Shown piece after piece: positions 13,483 to 27,494 of a stretch of DNA of 64,000 bases. The position numbers and the translations under genes are program-made. A model generated the notes under the pieces. The model was not told the DNA's origin and made no database searches. It saw only the letters and a program-made list of their open reading frames with translations. The DNA comes from Eledone cirrhosa (lineage: Eukaryota). Positions within the stretch are counted from its first letter, which is position 1. The number at the start of each line of letters is the position of its first letter. Location: positions 2,666,001-2,730,000 of the forward strand of contig OZ024760.1 in assembly GCA_964016885.1 (NCBI GenBank), given 5' to 3'.

Positions 13483-13508
13483 ATGTAATAAGCAACACAA
13501 AACAATTA

Positions 13509-13580
13509 TTCCATTTACCAAAGGTTTCACGAAGACAGGCGAGCTCAACAGAGACGTCTGAAATCGTTCATCAGAATGAA
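13509..13580 (-). ncRNA. type I hammerhead ribozyme (Penelope-like remnant)
   Basis: Minus strand TCATT-CTGATGA-ACGA...TCGT-GAAA-CC-TTT-GG-TA-AATGG; all three stems pair; GUA site. Confidence 0.7.
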
Positions 13581-13834
13581 AATTTACATTTTGATTAAAT
13601 TTTCTGTGATATATATATATACGCATACATACATATATATATGAACAATACAGGTGTACATGAAAACATATCACTGTACCTGAGTTTGTATACAACGTAT
13701 GTGGTCGAATATGCCCATCAAAGTCTGGTTTTACAAGTCACCTATGTTAAGATGTAGAAATGCCATAGGTTAAATATGACCAATTCCTTGCAGCTAATTT
13801 GACATGTGTTACATGTGACATGGAAGCAAATTGA

Positions 13835-14125
13835 CAGTCATTAGAATGCCAGAGAGTATTCTTTGCTATTTTCGTTTCGGCTCTGCTCTCTAGCTTCAAA
13901 TTCCACCGAGGTCAGCTTTGCCTTTCATCCATTGAAGGTCAATAAAAAAAAAATACCAGTCATGTAGTGAGGCTGATTTTTTCTGTGTGTCTCTTTCTCA
14001 CTTTTATTCTCTCACTTTCTATCTTTCTCTGGAAAAAAAAAAAAATCTGCCCTGAGAGGAGATGGGCTCTGCCAGGTTTTAAAAATGCCCTAGAAACACT
14101 GAATGTCAATATACGGCACCCCTAC
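13835..14125 (+). mobile_element. group A-core SINE with alternative long tail, degraded
   Basis: Group A core followed by GATGGGCTCTGCCAGG..AAAAATGCCC..GAAACACTG, the same tail as 28602-28955 and the minus fragment at 15575-15655. Confidence 0.7.
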
Positions 14126-14292
14126 ATCTCTCTCAGTGGTGATGGTGGTGGTTTTAGTGGTTGTGGTAGTTATGGTGGGCTGTGATGGTGGTGGTCATGA
14201 TAATTGTGTTGATGGTGGATGTGTTGGTGGCACTTGTATTAGTGGTAGTGGTTGTGGTGGTGGTGATGGTGGTGGTGGTGGTGGTGGTGGTA

Positions 14293-14540
14293 GTAAGACA
14301 TGTGGCAGAGAATTTACCCATAAGTCAGGACCTACAAGGCACTTAAAATCACATAGTGATGGTCCAAATCAGACTGAAGAACCAAATGATGGAATGAGTG
14401 AAATCCAATGAATTTTATGCAACAAAACATACAAGCCCCTAGCTGACTTTAAACTACATTGCAGGGCTTACAACCACTAATAGAGATATATTACCTGTCA
14501 GTGATGGTCTGACTCATCTAATGAGTGGATGGCCATTATT
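14293..14540 (+). mobile_element. degraded 3' end of a LINE with C2H2 zinc fingers (probably RTE type)
   Basis: KTCGREFTHKSGPTRHLKSH and a second decayed finger (CNKTYKPLADFKLHCRAY) with a stop between them; short tail ending in (TACA)n. Confidence 0.5.
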
Positions 14541-14839
14541 TACATACATATGAATGTGTGTATGTATGTATGTATGTATATACATGCATACATACATATG
14601 AATGTATATATGCATAATATGGCTGCCCCTCGTTTTCATTGCATGAAAAGAAAAAAAGACATATATATGAATAATTAAAAAAATACAAGACATATATATT
14701 AATAATTAATGGTGCTGCGATCGAATGTGGCTTTTTAGCCCAGCCAATGATCTAAAATGCCTTGCACTGAGTTGGCAACCAAAACATTCACTGGGAATAG
14801 CCGGCTGTGGTTGGATTCCATGTACTTTTGCATGTATGT

Positions 14840-15322
14840 ATCATCATCATGATCATCATCGTTTAACGTCCATATTCCACGCTTGCATGGGTTTGGACGG
14901 GAGTTTTCCCACTTGAGGCAAGAGTGGTTGTCTTGCTCGCATAGGACTGTCTGGCGGGTTTTCTACAGCTGGATGCCCTTCCTAACACCAACCATATTTA
15001 CAGTGTGGGGCTGGGAGGTTTTTACCGTGTTGCCTACACGGCCACATTACAGCGTGGACTGTCTGGCGGGTTTTCTACAGCTGGATGCCCTTCCTAACAC
15101 CAACCACGTTTACAGTGTGGGGCTGGGAGGTTTTTACCGTGTTACCTACACGGCCACATTACAGCGTGGACTGTCTGGCGGGTTTTCTACAGCTGGATGC
15201 CCTTCCTAACACCAACCACGTTTACAGTGTGGAACTGGGAGGTTTTTACCGTGTTGCCTACACGGCCACATTACAGCGTGGACTGTGTGTTTTGTTTGTC
15301 GTGACACCTACACGACCTCATT
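14840..15322 (-). mobile_element. RTE-derived non-autonomous element with three 112-bp units
   Basis: Reverse complement of 13118-13482; unit starts at 14944, 15056, 15168, 15280. Confidence 0.8.
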
Positions 15323-15703
15323 TGTTTCGGGCTGGATGTTGTGGTACCAACATAACTTTACATTGAAAGGGGTGGTGTGGATGGGGTGTGGGTAGTGGGA
15401 CGGGGGTGTATTTTGTTAGAAGTGCCTACTGACTGTAGTAGGTTTCACTTTGTACTTAGGTGAGGCGGGTCTTCTCTATTACTGTGTAGCGCCATGTATA
15501 TACATGCATACATACATGGATGCATGTATGTATATACATGTATACATACATACATGGATGTATGTATGTATATATGGTTCTGTAACTTCTGAATGAGTTT
15601 TAGGGGCGCCGTATTGATATATACAGTGTTTCTTGGCCATTTTAAGCCTGGCGTTCTCATGACTGACAATTCAGAGCCTCCACATATACATACATAGATA
15701 CGT

Positions 15704-16900
15704 ATGGTGGTGGTGGTGGTGTTGGTTGTGGTGGTGTGGTGGTGTTGGTGGTGGTTGTGGTGGTGTGGTGGTGGTTGTGATGGTGGTGGTGGTGGTGGTG
15801 GTGTTGGTGGTGGTTGTGGTGGTGTTGGTGGTGGTTGTGGTGGTGTGGTGGTGGTTGTGATGGTGTGGTGGTGGTGGTGGTGGTGTTGGTGGTGGTTGTG
15901 GTGGTGTTGGTGGTGGTTGTGGTGGTGTGGTGGTGGTTGTGATGGTGGTGGTGGTGGTGTTGGTTGTGGTGGTGGTGGTGTTGGTGTTGGTTGTGGTGGT
16001 GTTGGTGGTGGTGTTGGTTGTGGTGGTGGTGGTGGTGGTGTTGGTTGTGGTGGTGGTGGTGGTGTTGGTTGTGGTGGTGATGGTGGTGGTGTTGGTTGTG
16101 GTGGTGTTGGTTGTGGTGGTGTGTGTGGTGTTGGTTGTGGTGGTGGTGGTGGTGGTGGTGTTGGTTGTGATGGTGGTGGTGGTGGTGTTGGTTGTGATGG
16201 TGGTGGCGGTGGTGTTGGTTGTGATGGTGGTGGTGGTGGTGTTGGTGGTGGTGGTGGTGGTGTTGGTGGTGGTTGTGGTGGTGGTGTTGGTTGTGATGGT
16301 GGTGGTGGTGGTGTTGGTTGTGATGGTGGTGGTGGTGGTGGTTGTGATGGTGGTGGTGGTGGTGGTGTTGGTTGTGGTGGTGTGGTGTTGGTGGTGTTGG
16401 TTGTGATGGTGGTGGTGGTGGTGGTTGCGATGGTAGTGGTGCTGGTGTTGGTTGTGGAGGTGGTGGTGTTGGTTGTGATGGTGGTGGTGGTGGTGGTGTT
16501 GGTTGTGGTGGTGGTGGTGGTGTTGGTTGTGATGGTGGTGGTGGTGGTGGTGTTGGTTGTGATGGTGGTGGTGGTGGTGTTGGTTGTGATGGTGGTGGTG
16601 GTGGTGGTGTTGGTTGTGATGGTGGTGGTGTTGGTGTTGGTTGTGATGGTGGTGGTGTTGGTTGTGATGGTGGTGGTGGTTGTGATGGTGGTGGTGGTTG
16701 TGATGGTGGTGGTGGTGGTGTTGGTGTTGGTTGTGATGGTGGTGGTGTTGGTGGTGGTGGTGGTGTTGGTTGTGATGGTGGTGGTGGTGGTGTTGGTTGT
16801 GATGGTGGTGGTGGTGCTGTTGGTTGTGATGGTGGTGGTGGTGGTGTTGGTTGTGGTGGTGGTGGTGGTGGTGTTGGTTGTGGTGGTGGTGGTGTTGGTT
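15704..16900. repeat. (GGT)n-derived compound microsatellite
   Basis: GGT runs punctuated by GTTGGTTGTGAT. Confidence 0.95.
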
Positions 16901-17135
16901 CTATTGATGTAGTTATTGTAAATGACAGCCCAATCCAGTAGAAAACTTTGAAAATGGCCATAAATATAAATTCTTTTTTTTTTACATTTTATTTCTTCAT
17001 TTATTTACTTATTTGTTTTTCTAGAAAACACTTTTTACTAATCGGTCATTTTTTATTTTTCTATAAACACACATAAAAAAATAATGGATCTTATATTAGT
17101 AGGTACTTCCATATTGTATGTATGTATATGTATGT

Positions 17136-20100
17136 GGTGGTTGTGGTGGTGGTGGTGGTGGTTGTAGTGGTGGTGGTGGTGGTGGTGGTGGTAGTGGTGG
17201 TGGTGGTGGTGGTGGCGGTGATGGCGGTGGTTGTAGTGGTGGTGGTGGTGGTGGTTGAGTTGGTGGTGGCGGCGGTGGTGGTTGAGTTGTTGATGGTGGT
17301 GGTGGTGGTGGTTGAGTTGGTGGTGGTGGTGGTGGTAGTGGTGGTGGCGGTTGTTGAGTTGGTGGTGGTGGTGTTGGTTGTGGTTGTGATGGTGGTGGTG
17401 TTGGTTGTGATAGTGGTGGTGGTGGTGGTGTTGGTTGTGATGGTGGTGGTGGTGGTGTTGGTTGTGATGGCGGTGGTGTTGGTTGTGATGGTGGTGGTGG
17501 TGGTGGTGTTTGGTTGTGGTGGTGGTGGTGGTGGTGTTGGCTGTGATGGTGGTGGTGTTGGTTGTGGTGGTGGTGGTGTTGGTTGTGGTGGTGGTGGTGG
17601 TGGTGTTGGTTGTGATGGTGGTGGTGGTGGTGGTGGTAGAGTTGGTGGTGGTGGTTGTGGTGGTAGTGCTGGTGGTGGTGGTGGTAGAGTATGTGGTGGT
17701 GGTGGTGGTAGAGTTTGTGGTGGTGGTGGTGGTGGTAGAGTTTGTGGTGGTGGTGGTAGAGTTTGTGGTGGTGGTGGTGGTAGAGTTTGTGGTGGTGGTG
17801 GTGGTAGAGTTTGTGGTGGTGGTGGTAGAGTATGTGGTGGTGGTGGTGGTAGAGTTTGTGGTGGTGGTGGTAGAGTTTGTGGTGGTGGTGGTGGTAGAGT
17901 TTGTGGTGGTGGTGGTAGAGTATGTGGTGGTGGTGGTGGTGGTAGAGTTTGTGGTGGTGGTGGTAGAGTTTGTGGTGGTGGTGGCAGAGTTTGTGGTGGT
18001 GGTGGTGGTAGAGTTTGTGGTGGTGGTGGTGGTAGAGTTTGTGGTGGTGGTGGTAGAGTTTGTGGTGGTGGTGGCAGAGTATGTGGTGGTGGTGGTGGTA
18101 GAGTTTGTGGTGGTGGTGGTAGAGTTTGTGGTGGTGGTGGTGGTAGAGTATGTGGTGGTGTAGAGTTTGTGGTGGTGGTGGTGGTAGAGTATGTGGTGGT
18201 GGTAGAGTTTGTGGTGGTGGTGGTGGTAGAGTTTGTGGTGGTGGTGGTAGAGTTTGTGGTGGTGGTGGTGTAGAGTTTGTGGTGGTGGTGTGTAGAGTTT
18301 GTGGTGGTGGTGGTGGTAGAGTTTGTGGTGGTGGTGGTAGAGTTTGTGGTGGCGGTGGTGGTAGAGTTTGTGGTGGTGGTGGTAGAGTTTGTGTGGTGGT
18401 GGTAGAGTTTGTGGTGGTGGTGGCAGAGTATGTGGTGGTGGTGGTGGTAGAGTTTGTGGTGGTGGTGGTAGAGTTTGTGGTGGTGGTGGTGGTAGAGTTT
18501 GTGGTGGTGGTGGTAGAGTTTGTGGTGGCGGTGGTGGTAGAGTTTGTGGTGGTGGTGGTAGAGTTTGTGGTGGTGGTGGTGGTAGAGTTTGTGGTGGTGG
18601 TGGTGGTAGAGTTTGTGGTGGTGGTGGTGGTAGAGTTTGTGGTGGTGGTGGCAGAGTTTGTGGTGGTGGTGGTGGTAGAGTTTGTGGTGGTGGTGGTGGT
18701 AGAGTTTGGTGGTGGTGGTGGTAGAGTTTGTGGTGGTGGTGGCAGAGTATGTGGTGGTGGTGGTGTTAGAGTTTGTGGTGGTGGTGGTAGAGTTTGTGGT
18801 GGTGGTGGTGGTAGAGTTTGTGGTGGTGGTGGTAGAGTTTGTGGTGGTGGTGGTGGTAGAGTTTGTGGTGGTGGTGGTGGTAGAGTTTGTGGTGGTGGTG
18901 GTAGAGTTTGTGGTGGTGGTGGTAGAGTTTGTGGTGGTGGTGGTAGAGTTTGTGGTGGTGGTGGTAGAGTTTGTGGTGGTGGTGGTGGTAGAGTTTGTGG
19001 TGGTGGTGGTAGAGTATGTGGTGGTGGTGGTGGTAGAGTTTGTGGTGGTGGTGGTAGAGTTTGTGGTGGTGGTGGTGGTAGAGTTTGTGGTGGTGGTGGT
19101 AGAGTTTGTGGTGGTGGTGGTAGAGTTTGTGGTGGTGGTGGTAGAGTTTGTGGTGGTGGTGGTGGTAGAGTTTGTGGTGGTGGTGGTAGAGTTTGTGGTG
19201 GTGGTGGTAGAGTTTGTGGTGGTGGTGGTGGTAGAGTTTGTGGTGGTGGTGGTAGAGTTTGTGGTGGTGGTGGTAGAGTTTGTGGTGGTGGTGGTGGTAG
19301 AGTTTGTGGTGGTGGTGGTAGAGTTTGTGGTGGTGGTGGTGGTAGAGTTTGTGGTGGTGGTGGTAGAGTATGTGGTGGTGGTGGTGGTAGAGTTTGTGGT
19401 GGTGGTGGTAGAGTTTGTGGTGGTGGTGGTAGAGTTTGTGGTGGTGGTAGAGTTTGTGGTGGTGGTGGTAGAGTTTGTGGTGGTGGTGGTGGTAGAGTTT
19501 GTGGTGGTGGTGGTAGAGTTTGTGGTGGTGGTAGAGTTTGTGGTGGTGGTGGTAGAGTTTGTGGTGGTGGTGGTGGTAGAGTTTGTGGTGCTGGTGGTAG
19601 AGTTTGTGGTGGTGGTGGTAGAGTTTGTGGTGGTGGTGGTGGTAGAGTTTGTGGTGGTGGTGGTAGAGTTTGTGGTGGTGGTGGTGGTAGAGTTTGTGGT
19701 GGTAGTGGTAGAGTTTGTGGTGGTGGTGGTGGTAGAGTTTGTGGTGGTGGTGGTAGAGTTTGTGGTGGTGGTGGTAGAGTTTGTGGTGGTGGTGGTAGAG
19801 TTTGTGGTGGTGGTGGTAGAGTTTGTGGTGGTGGTGGTGGTAGAGTTTGTGGTGGTGGTGGTAGAGTTTGTGGTGGTGGTGGTGGTAGAGTTTGTGGTGG
19901 TGGTGGTGGTAGAGTTTGTGGTGGTGGTGGTAGAGTAGGTGGTGGTGGTGGTAGAGTTTGTGGTGGTGGTGGTAGAGTTTGTGGTGGTGGTGGTAGAGTT
20001 TGTGGTGGTGGTGGTAGAGTTTGTGGTGGTGGTGGTAGAGTTTGTGGTGGTGGTGGTAGAGTTTGTGGTGGTGGTGGTGGTAGAGTTTGTGGTGGTGGTG

Positions 20101-20515
20101 GTAGAGTTTGTGGTGGTGGTGGTAGAGTTTGTGGTGGTGGTGGTGGTAGAGTTTGTGGTGGTGGTGGTAGAGTTTGTGGTGGTGGTGGTAGAGTTTGTGG
20201 TGGTGGTGGTAGAGTTTGTGGTGGTGGTGGTGGTAGAGTTTGTGGTGGTGGTGGTAGAGTTTGTGGTGGTGGTGGTGGTAGAGTTTGTGGTGGTGGTGGG
20301 AGAGTTTGTGGTGGTGGTGGTGGTAGAGTTTGTGGTGGTGGTGGTAGAGTTTGTGGTGGTGGTGGTAGAGTTTGTGGTGGTGGTGGTAGAGTTTGTGGTG
20401 GTGGTGGTAGAGTTTGTGGTGGTGGTGGTGGTAGAGTTTGTGGTGGTGGTGGTAGAGTTTGTGGTGGTGGTGGTAGAGTTTGTGGTGGTGGTGGTGGTAG
20501 AGTTTGTGGTGGAGG
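17136..20515. repeat. (GGT)n-derived array maturing into a 21/24-bp minisatellite AGAGTTTGT(GGT)4-5
   Basis: AGAGTTTGT interruption recurs from about 17638 to 20510. Confidence 0.97.
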
Positions 20516-20647
20516 TGATTTTGTTGATATGTGGTTGTCAACAACTACAACAACCAATAAAAACTACCACCACCACCACCACCAGCAACAACAACAACAT
20601 CAACAACAACATCATAATGATAATAAATTATTGTTATTATTATGTTC

Positions 20648-21060
20648 TGAGGTCGATAAAATAAAGTACCAGTAATACACTGGGGTAATTGCTGGCCTTG
20701 TGCCTAAAGTAGAAACATTATTACGTTCTGAGTTCAAATCCCGCCGAGGTTAGCTTTGCCTTTCATCCTTACAGGGTTGATAAAATAAAGTACCTGTCAC
20801 GCACTGGGGGTCGATTTAACTCCCCCTTCCCCAAAATTTCTGGCCTTGTGCCTATATAAGAGATTATTATTATTATCGGTAGAGGGCCTGACGCCATGCT
20901 TTGCAGCAAAGAGTTACGGCCCTTTATGGTCTGAGTTCAAATCCCGCCAAGGTTGACTTTGCCTTTCAACCTTACGGGGTCAATAAAATAAAGTACCAGT
21001 AATACACTAGGGTAATTGCTGGCCTTGTGCCTAAAGTAGAAACAATTATTATTATTATTA
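20648..21060 (+). mobile_element. cluster of three group A SINE pieces in tandem
   Basis: Three successive core and tail units at about 20648-20720, 20724-20870 and 20877-21050 with (ATT)n tails. Confidence 0.85.
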
Positions 21061-21124
21061 TTCCTTCTGTCGTGATATACATTTTTCAATTAATCTACAT
21101 CAGTGCCCAGCCAGTCAAACTGTT

Positions 21125-21850
21125 AGCCAGCTCCCAGCCGGCCATCTAGCCATCCAGCCATCCAGCCCACCAGCCAACCATCCATCCATCCAGCCAGCCA
21201 TCTAGCCATCCAGCCCACCAGTCCACCATCCAGCCATCCAGCCATCCAGCCCACCAGTTCACCAGCCAGCCATCTAGCCATCCAGCCCACCAGTCCACCA
21301 TCCAGCCATCCAGCCCACCACTTCACCAGCCAGCCATCTAGCTATCCAGCCATCCAGCCCACCAGCTAGCCATCCACCCATCCAGCCATCCAGCCCACCA
21401 GCCATCCATCCATCCAGCCAGCCATCCAGCCATCCAGCCCACCAGTTCACCAGCCAGCCATCTAGCCATCCAGCCCACCAGTCCACCATCCAGCCATCCA
21501 GCCATCCAGCCATCCAGCCCACCAGTCCACCATCTATCCATCCAGCCATCCAGCCATCCAGCCATCTAGCCATCCAGCCCACCAGTCCACCATCTATCCA
21601 TCCAGCCATCCAGCCATCTATCCAGCCATCCATCCATCCAGCCAGCCATCTAGCCATCCAACCCACCAGTACACCATCTATCCATCCAGCCATCCAGCCA
21701 TCTATCCAGCCATCCATCCATCCATCCATCCATCCAGCCCACCAGTCCACCATCTATCCATCCAGCCATCCAGCCATCCAGCCATCTAGCCATCCAGCCA
21801 GCCACCCAGCCATCCATCCATCCATCCAGCCATCCACCCACCCAGCCAGT
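21125..21850. repeat. (CCAT/CCAG)n compound tetranucleotide repeat
   Basis: Directly visible. Confidence 0.95.
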
Positions 21851-22071
21851 CAACCAGAGCTTCATGTAGAAAAAACACCCCCTTGCCAACTCCTTGCCAT
21901 GTCCCTATAAAAGGATGCACTATAAGTAAACCATCAAAAGAAGATGGAGGTTAGAATTATGGATGACAGTGCAGCTGTTTGTTATCTTGAACTTATTTCT
22001 ATTTATTTTTGTTTATTATATTGTTTTTGTTCCTTATTTGATTGTTGTTTCTTTGTTTTTTGTTTTCCATA

Positions 22072-22115
<44 letters not shown>

Positions 22116-22198
22116 TTCCTGCAACTACTGGTGTTGTCGCATGTAGTATTATTGAAATTAGGGTCCTTCTTATTTTTGCAAGTAAAATCAGGTACGAC

Positions 22199-22243
<45 letters not shown>

Positions 22244-23044
22244 CAAGAAAAAGAAAACATTAAAATATAAAATTAAAATAAATCAAAATAAAACAAAGCA
22301 AAACAAAGAACAAAGTAAAAAATAGTAAATAAATATATTTGTAAATGTCGGAGATGATTTTGGATTTTAATTACACTGCTGTCACAAACAGATTTCTAAG
22401 AAATACCTATAGAGTAGCTTGGTGACACCTAAGTAGATTGGAGAAATTTCTTTTAAGTAGTTCATTCTTCGCTTCAACCATAATTAATTTCGTTTCAAAA
22501 GAGAGGAAGGAAAAATCAAGAGGTATTATCGTTATAAATGATGAAAACGATGCAGTAATGTTTTCAATAATACAAGAGAGATGTGGTGGCTGTGGTGTTG
22601 TGGTGGAGGAACGGGGGAGCAAGATGAGACGGTAGGGATGATGAGAGAGAGAAGAAGAGGTGGGTGGAAAAGAGAGAAAGAAAGAGAGTTTCGTTCAAGA
22701 AAATTGCTCATTATATTGACAGAAAACGAACGAATGCCTCATGTTTATTCATTGATACGAAATACAAAAGCCATCAGTCAATTCGATCTTTTGTGTTAAC
22801 CAAAGCATAATACATGCCCACTTGTCATTTGATATGAAAAAATCTTGTGAACGTCTCTTGCGATGTGATTGAATTGGATAGGGGACATTGGTACTATTGA
22901 TAAAGCATGGCATGGCGTGGTACTGGCTGCTTTTAATCAACAAGGACTATGCTAAAGAGACATATTCATACAAAGGAACTATGAAGTTTGAAAACTTTTA
23001 AACAAAAACCATGACAGTGATATCTAATAGTTATTTACAGACTT

Positions 23045-24932
23045 GGATATAATAATGATTTCTACTATAGGTACAAGGATATAATAATGATTTCTACTAT
23101 AGGTAGAAGGATATAATAATGATTTCTACTATAGGCAGAAGGATATAATAATGATTTCAACTATAGGCAGAAGGATATAATAATGATTTCAACTATAGGC
23201 AGAATGATATAATAATGATTTCTACTATAGGCAGAAGGATATAATAATGATTTCTACTATAGGCAGAAGGATATAATAATGATTTCTACTATAGGCAGAA
23301 GGATATAATAATGATTTTTACTATAGGTACAAGGATATAATATTGATTTTTACTATAGGCAGAAGGATATAATAATGATTTCTACTATAGGCAGAAGGAT
23401 ATAATAATGATTTCTACTATAGGTACAAGTATATAATAATGATTTCTACTATAGGCAGAAGGATATAATAATGATTTCTACTATAGGTACAAGGATATAA
23501 TAATGATTTCTACTATAGGCAGAAGGATATAATAATGATTTCTACTATAGGCAGAAGGATATAATAATGATTTCTACTATAGGCAGAAGGATATAATAAT
23601 GATTTCTACTATAGGCAGAAGGATATAATAATGATTTCTACTATAGGCAGAAGGATATAATAATGATTTCTACTATAGGCAGAAGGATATAATAATGATT
23701 TCTACTATAGGCAGAAGGATATAATAATGATTTCAACTATAGGCAGAAGGATATAATAATGATTTCTACTATAGGCAGAAGGATATAATAATGATTTCAA
23801 CTATAGGCAGAAGGATATAATAATGATTTCAACTATAGGCAGAAGGATATAATAATGATTTCTACTATAGGTAGAAGGATATAATAATGATTTCTGCTAT
23901 AGGCAGAAGGATATAATAATGATTTCTACTATAGGCAGAAGGATATAATAATGATTTTTACTATAGGTACAAGGATATAATATTGATTTTTACTATAGGC
24001 AGAAGGATATAATAATGATTTCTACTATAGGCAGAAGGATATAATAATGATTTCTACTATAGGCAGAGGATATAATAATGATTTCTACTATAGGTACAAG
24101 GATATAATAATGATTTCTACTATAGGCAGAAGGATATAATATTGATTTCTACTATAGGCAGAAGGATATAATAATGATTTCAACTATAGGTACAAGGATA
24201 TAATAATGATTTCTACTATAAGCAGAAGGATATAATAATGATTTCTACTATAGGCAGAAGGATATAATAATGATTTCTACTATAGGTACAAGGATATAAT
24301 AATGATTTCTACTATAGGTAGAAGGATATAATAATGATTTCTACTATAGGTAGAAGGATATAATAATGATTTTTACTATAGGCAGAAGGATATAATAATG
24401 ATTTCAACTATAGGCAGAAGGATATAATAATGATTTCAACTATAGGCAGAAGGATATAATAATGATTTCTACTATAGGTAGAAGGATATAATAATGATTT
24501 TTACTATAGGCAGAAGGATATAATAATGATTTCAACTATAGGCAGAAGGATATAATAATGATTTCAACTATAGGCAGAAGGATATAATAATGATTTCAAC
24601 TATAGGCAGAAGGATATAATAATGATTTCTACTATAGGCAGAAGGATATAATAATGATTTCTACTATAGGCAGAAGGATATAATAATGATTTCTACTATA
24701 GGTACAAGGATATAATAATGATTTCTACTATAGGCAGAAGGATATAATAATGATTTCTACTATAGGTAGAAGGATATAATAATGATTTCTACTATAGGCA
24801 GAAGGATATAATAATGATTTCAACTATAGGCAGAAGGATATAATAATGATTTCAACTATAGGCAGAAGGATATAATAATGATTTCAACTATAGGCAGAAG
24901 GATATAATAATGATTTCTACTATAGGTACAAG
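23045..24932. repeat. 32-bp tandem satellite, about 59 copies, continuous with a SINE 3' end
   Basis: Unit GGATATAATAATGATTTCTACTATAGGCAGAA; the last unit runs directly into the minus-strand SINE. Confidence 0.97.
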
Positions 24933-25098
24933 GCCAGCAATTACCCAGTACATTACTGGTACTTTATTTTATCGACCCCGTAAGGATGAAAGGCAAAGTT
25001 AACCTTGGCGGGATTTGAACTCAGAATGGAAAGGGCCGTAACTCTATGCTGCAAAGCATGGCGTCCGACCCTCTACCGATACTGCCAATCCACCGCCA
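24905..25098 (-). mobile_element. group A SINE, full-length
   Basis: Reverse complement of 812-996. Confidence 0.9.
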
Positions 25099-25504
25099 AT
25101 TATTATCATTATTATTAATAATTTCCTTTTGACAGCTTTGGGTGTTACTGCTGGTTAAATGATAATGGTGAGGGGGGAGAGGGGAGGGGTGTGATGAGGA
25201 GGAGAGGGTGAAGAGAGATGGGGAAGATGGGGAATGGCAAAGAGGGGAGAAGATGTGGTGGAAGATGGGGAATGGCAAAGAGGGGAGAAGATGTGGTGGA
25301 AGATTGGGGGGGGGGGAAGCAAAATAGGGGAATGCAGAGCGGGGGGAGTAGTAGTAGTACTAGTAGTAGGAGGATTATGATGATGATTTAATTTATCAAA
25401 AGAAAATAATTGATATCATGATAGAAATACATAATTTCAAATTTTTGTTTTTCAATAACTGTTGACTGATTTCACAGGAAAGTCATTAGGTACCAATATT
25501 TAGC

Positions 25505-26290
25505 AGAACAACAACAACAACAATCAGAAGAGTAACAACAACAATAATAACAAAAATAACAATCAGAAGAGTAACAACAACAAAAATAACAAAAATAACA
25601 ATCAGAAGAGTAACAACAACAACAACAACAATCAGAACAGTAACAACAACAATAACAACAACAACAACAATCAGAAGAGTAGCAACAACAACAACGACAA
25701 TCAGAACAGTAACAACAACAATAACAACAACAACAACAATCAGAAGAGTAGCAACAACAAAAATAACAAAAATAACAATCAGAAGAGTAACAACAACAAA
25801 AATAACAAAAATAACAATCAGAAGAGTAACAACAACAACAACAACAATCAAAACAGTAACAACAACAATAACAACAACAACAACAATCAGAAGAGTAACA
25901 ACAACAATAATAAAAATAACAATCAGAAGTGTAACAACAACAACAATAACAAAAATAACAATCAGAAGAGTAACAACAACAACAATCAGAACAGTAACAA
26001 CAACAATAACAACAACAACAACAATCAGAAGAGTAACAACAACAATAATAAAAATAACAATCAGAACAGTAACAACAACAACAACAACAACAATCAGAAG
26101 AGTAGCAACAACAATAATAAAAATAACAATCAGAAGTGTAACAACAACAACAACTATGACAATAATAATGACAACAACGCCACCAAAAATAACAATTACA
26201 ACAACAACAAAAAAACAGTTACAACAACAATGATTAGAAAAACAATTAGAACAACAACAACTACAACAAAAATTATAACAACAATGCAGT
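25505..26290. repeat. (AAC)n compound repeat with AATCAGAAGAGTA punctuation
   Basis: Directly visible. Confidence 0.9.
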
Positions 26291-26384
26291 AGCAGCAGCA
26301 GCAGCATTAAGTACCAGTATTTGTCAAGATAACAATGATAACAAGAATAAAAACTACAGCATCACCAACAACACTATCAACACT

Positions 26385-26750
26385 ACCAACAACACAACCA
26401 CTATACCAACACCACCACCACCAACACCAAGACCACGAACAACACCACCAACAACACAACCACTATACCAACACCACCACCACCAAGACCACAAACAACA
26501 CCACCAACAACACAACCACTATACCAACACCACCACCACCAACACCACGAACAACACCACCAACAACACAACCACTATACCAACACCACCACCACCAAGA
26601 CCACAAACAACACCACCAACAACACAACCACTATACCAACACCACCACCACCACCACCACCACCACCACTACCACCACCACCACTACCACCACCACCACC
26701 ACTACCACCACCACCACCACCACCACCACCACCACCACCACCACCACCAC
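26385..26750. repeat. about 60-bp CA-rich tandem repeat followed by (CAC)n
   Basis: ACAACACAACCACTATACCAACACCACCACC recurs five times. Confidence 0.85.
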
Positions 26751-26867
26751 ATATTGTAGACAATAAATATTAAAAGACTATTTTTCAATTAAGTTATTAA
26801 AAACCACCAAATCTCACGCTTCAATACATTTGATCTGACCTGGAACATATTTAGTGGAACTATCTTT

Positions 26868-27322
<455 letters not shown>

Positions 27323-27378
27323 AATAGAAAAAAACGAGGAAGTTTCGTTTACATGTGAAAAATATTTATTGTGTATCG

Positions 27379-27470
27379 ACCTGTTACGCACGCCTCGCAG
27401 ATAATTAGCTCTAAGTGACCCGAAGGGGTTATGGACCTGACTCCAGTATCGATCTGCTCCTCAGACTGGT
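27379..27470 (-). ncRNA. decayed hammerhead ribozyme
   Basis: Minus strand ACCAGT-CTGAGGA-GCAGAT...ATCTGC-GAGGC-GTGC-GTA-ACAGGT then AATAAA; the GAAA core reads GAGG. Confidence 0.45.
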
Positions 27471-27494
27471 GATGCGACAAAAGATATATATATA

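Noticed and set aside
14293-14360. Host C2H2 zinc-finger gene exon
   Set aside because: First cysteine missing, no TGEKP linker, in-frame stop and a retroelement-like tail.
15657-20675. Pro-, His- or Gly-rich extensin-like ORFs up to 1153 aa
   Set aside because: Translations of GGT/ACC repeats that are open in several frames and shift frame at indels.
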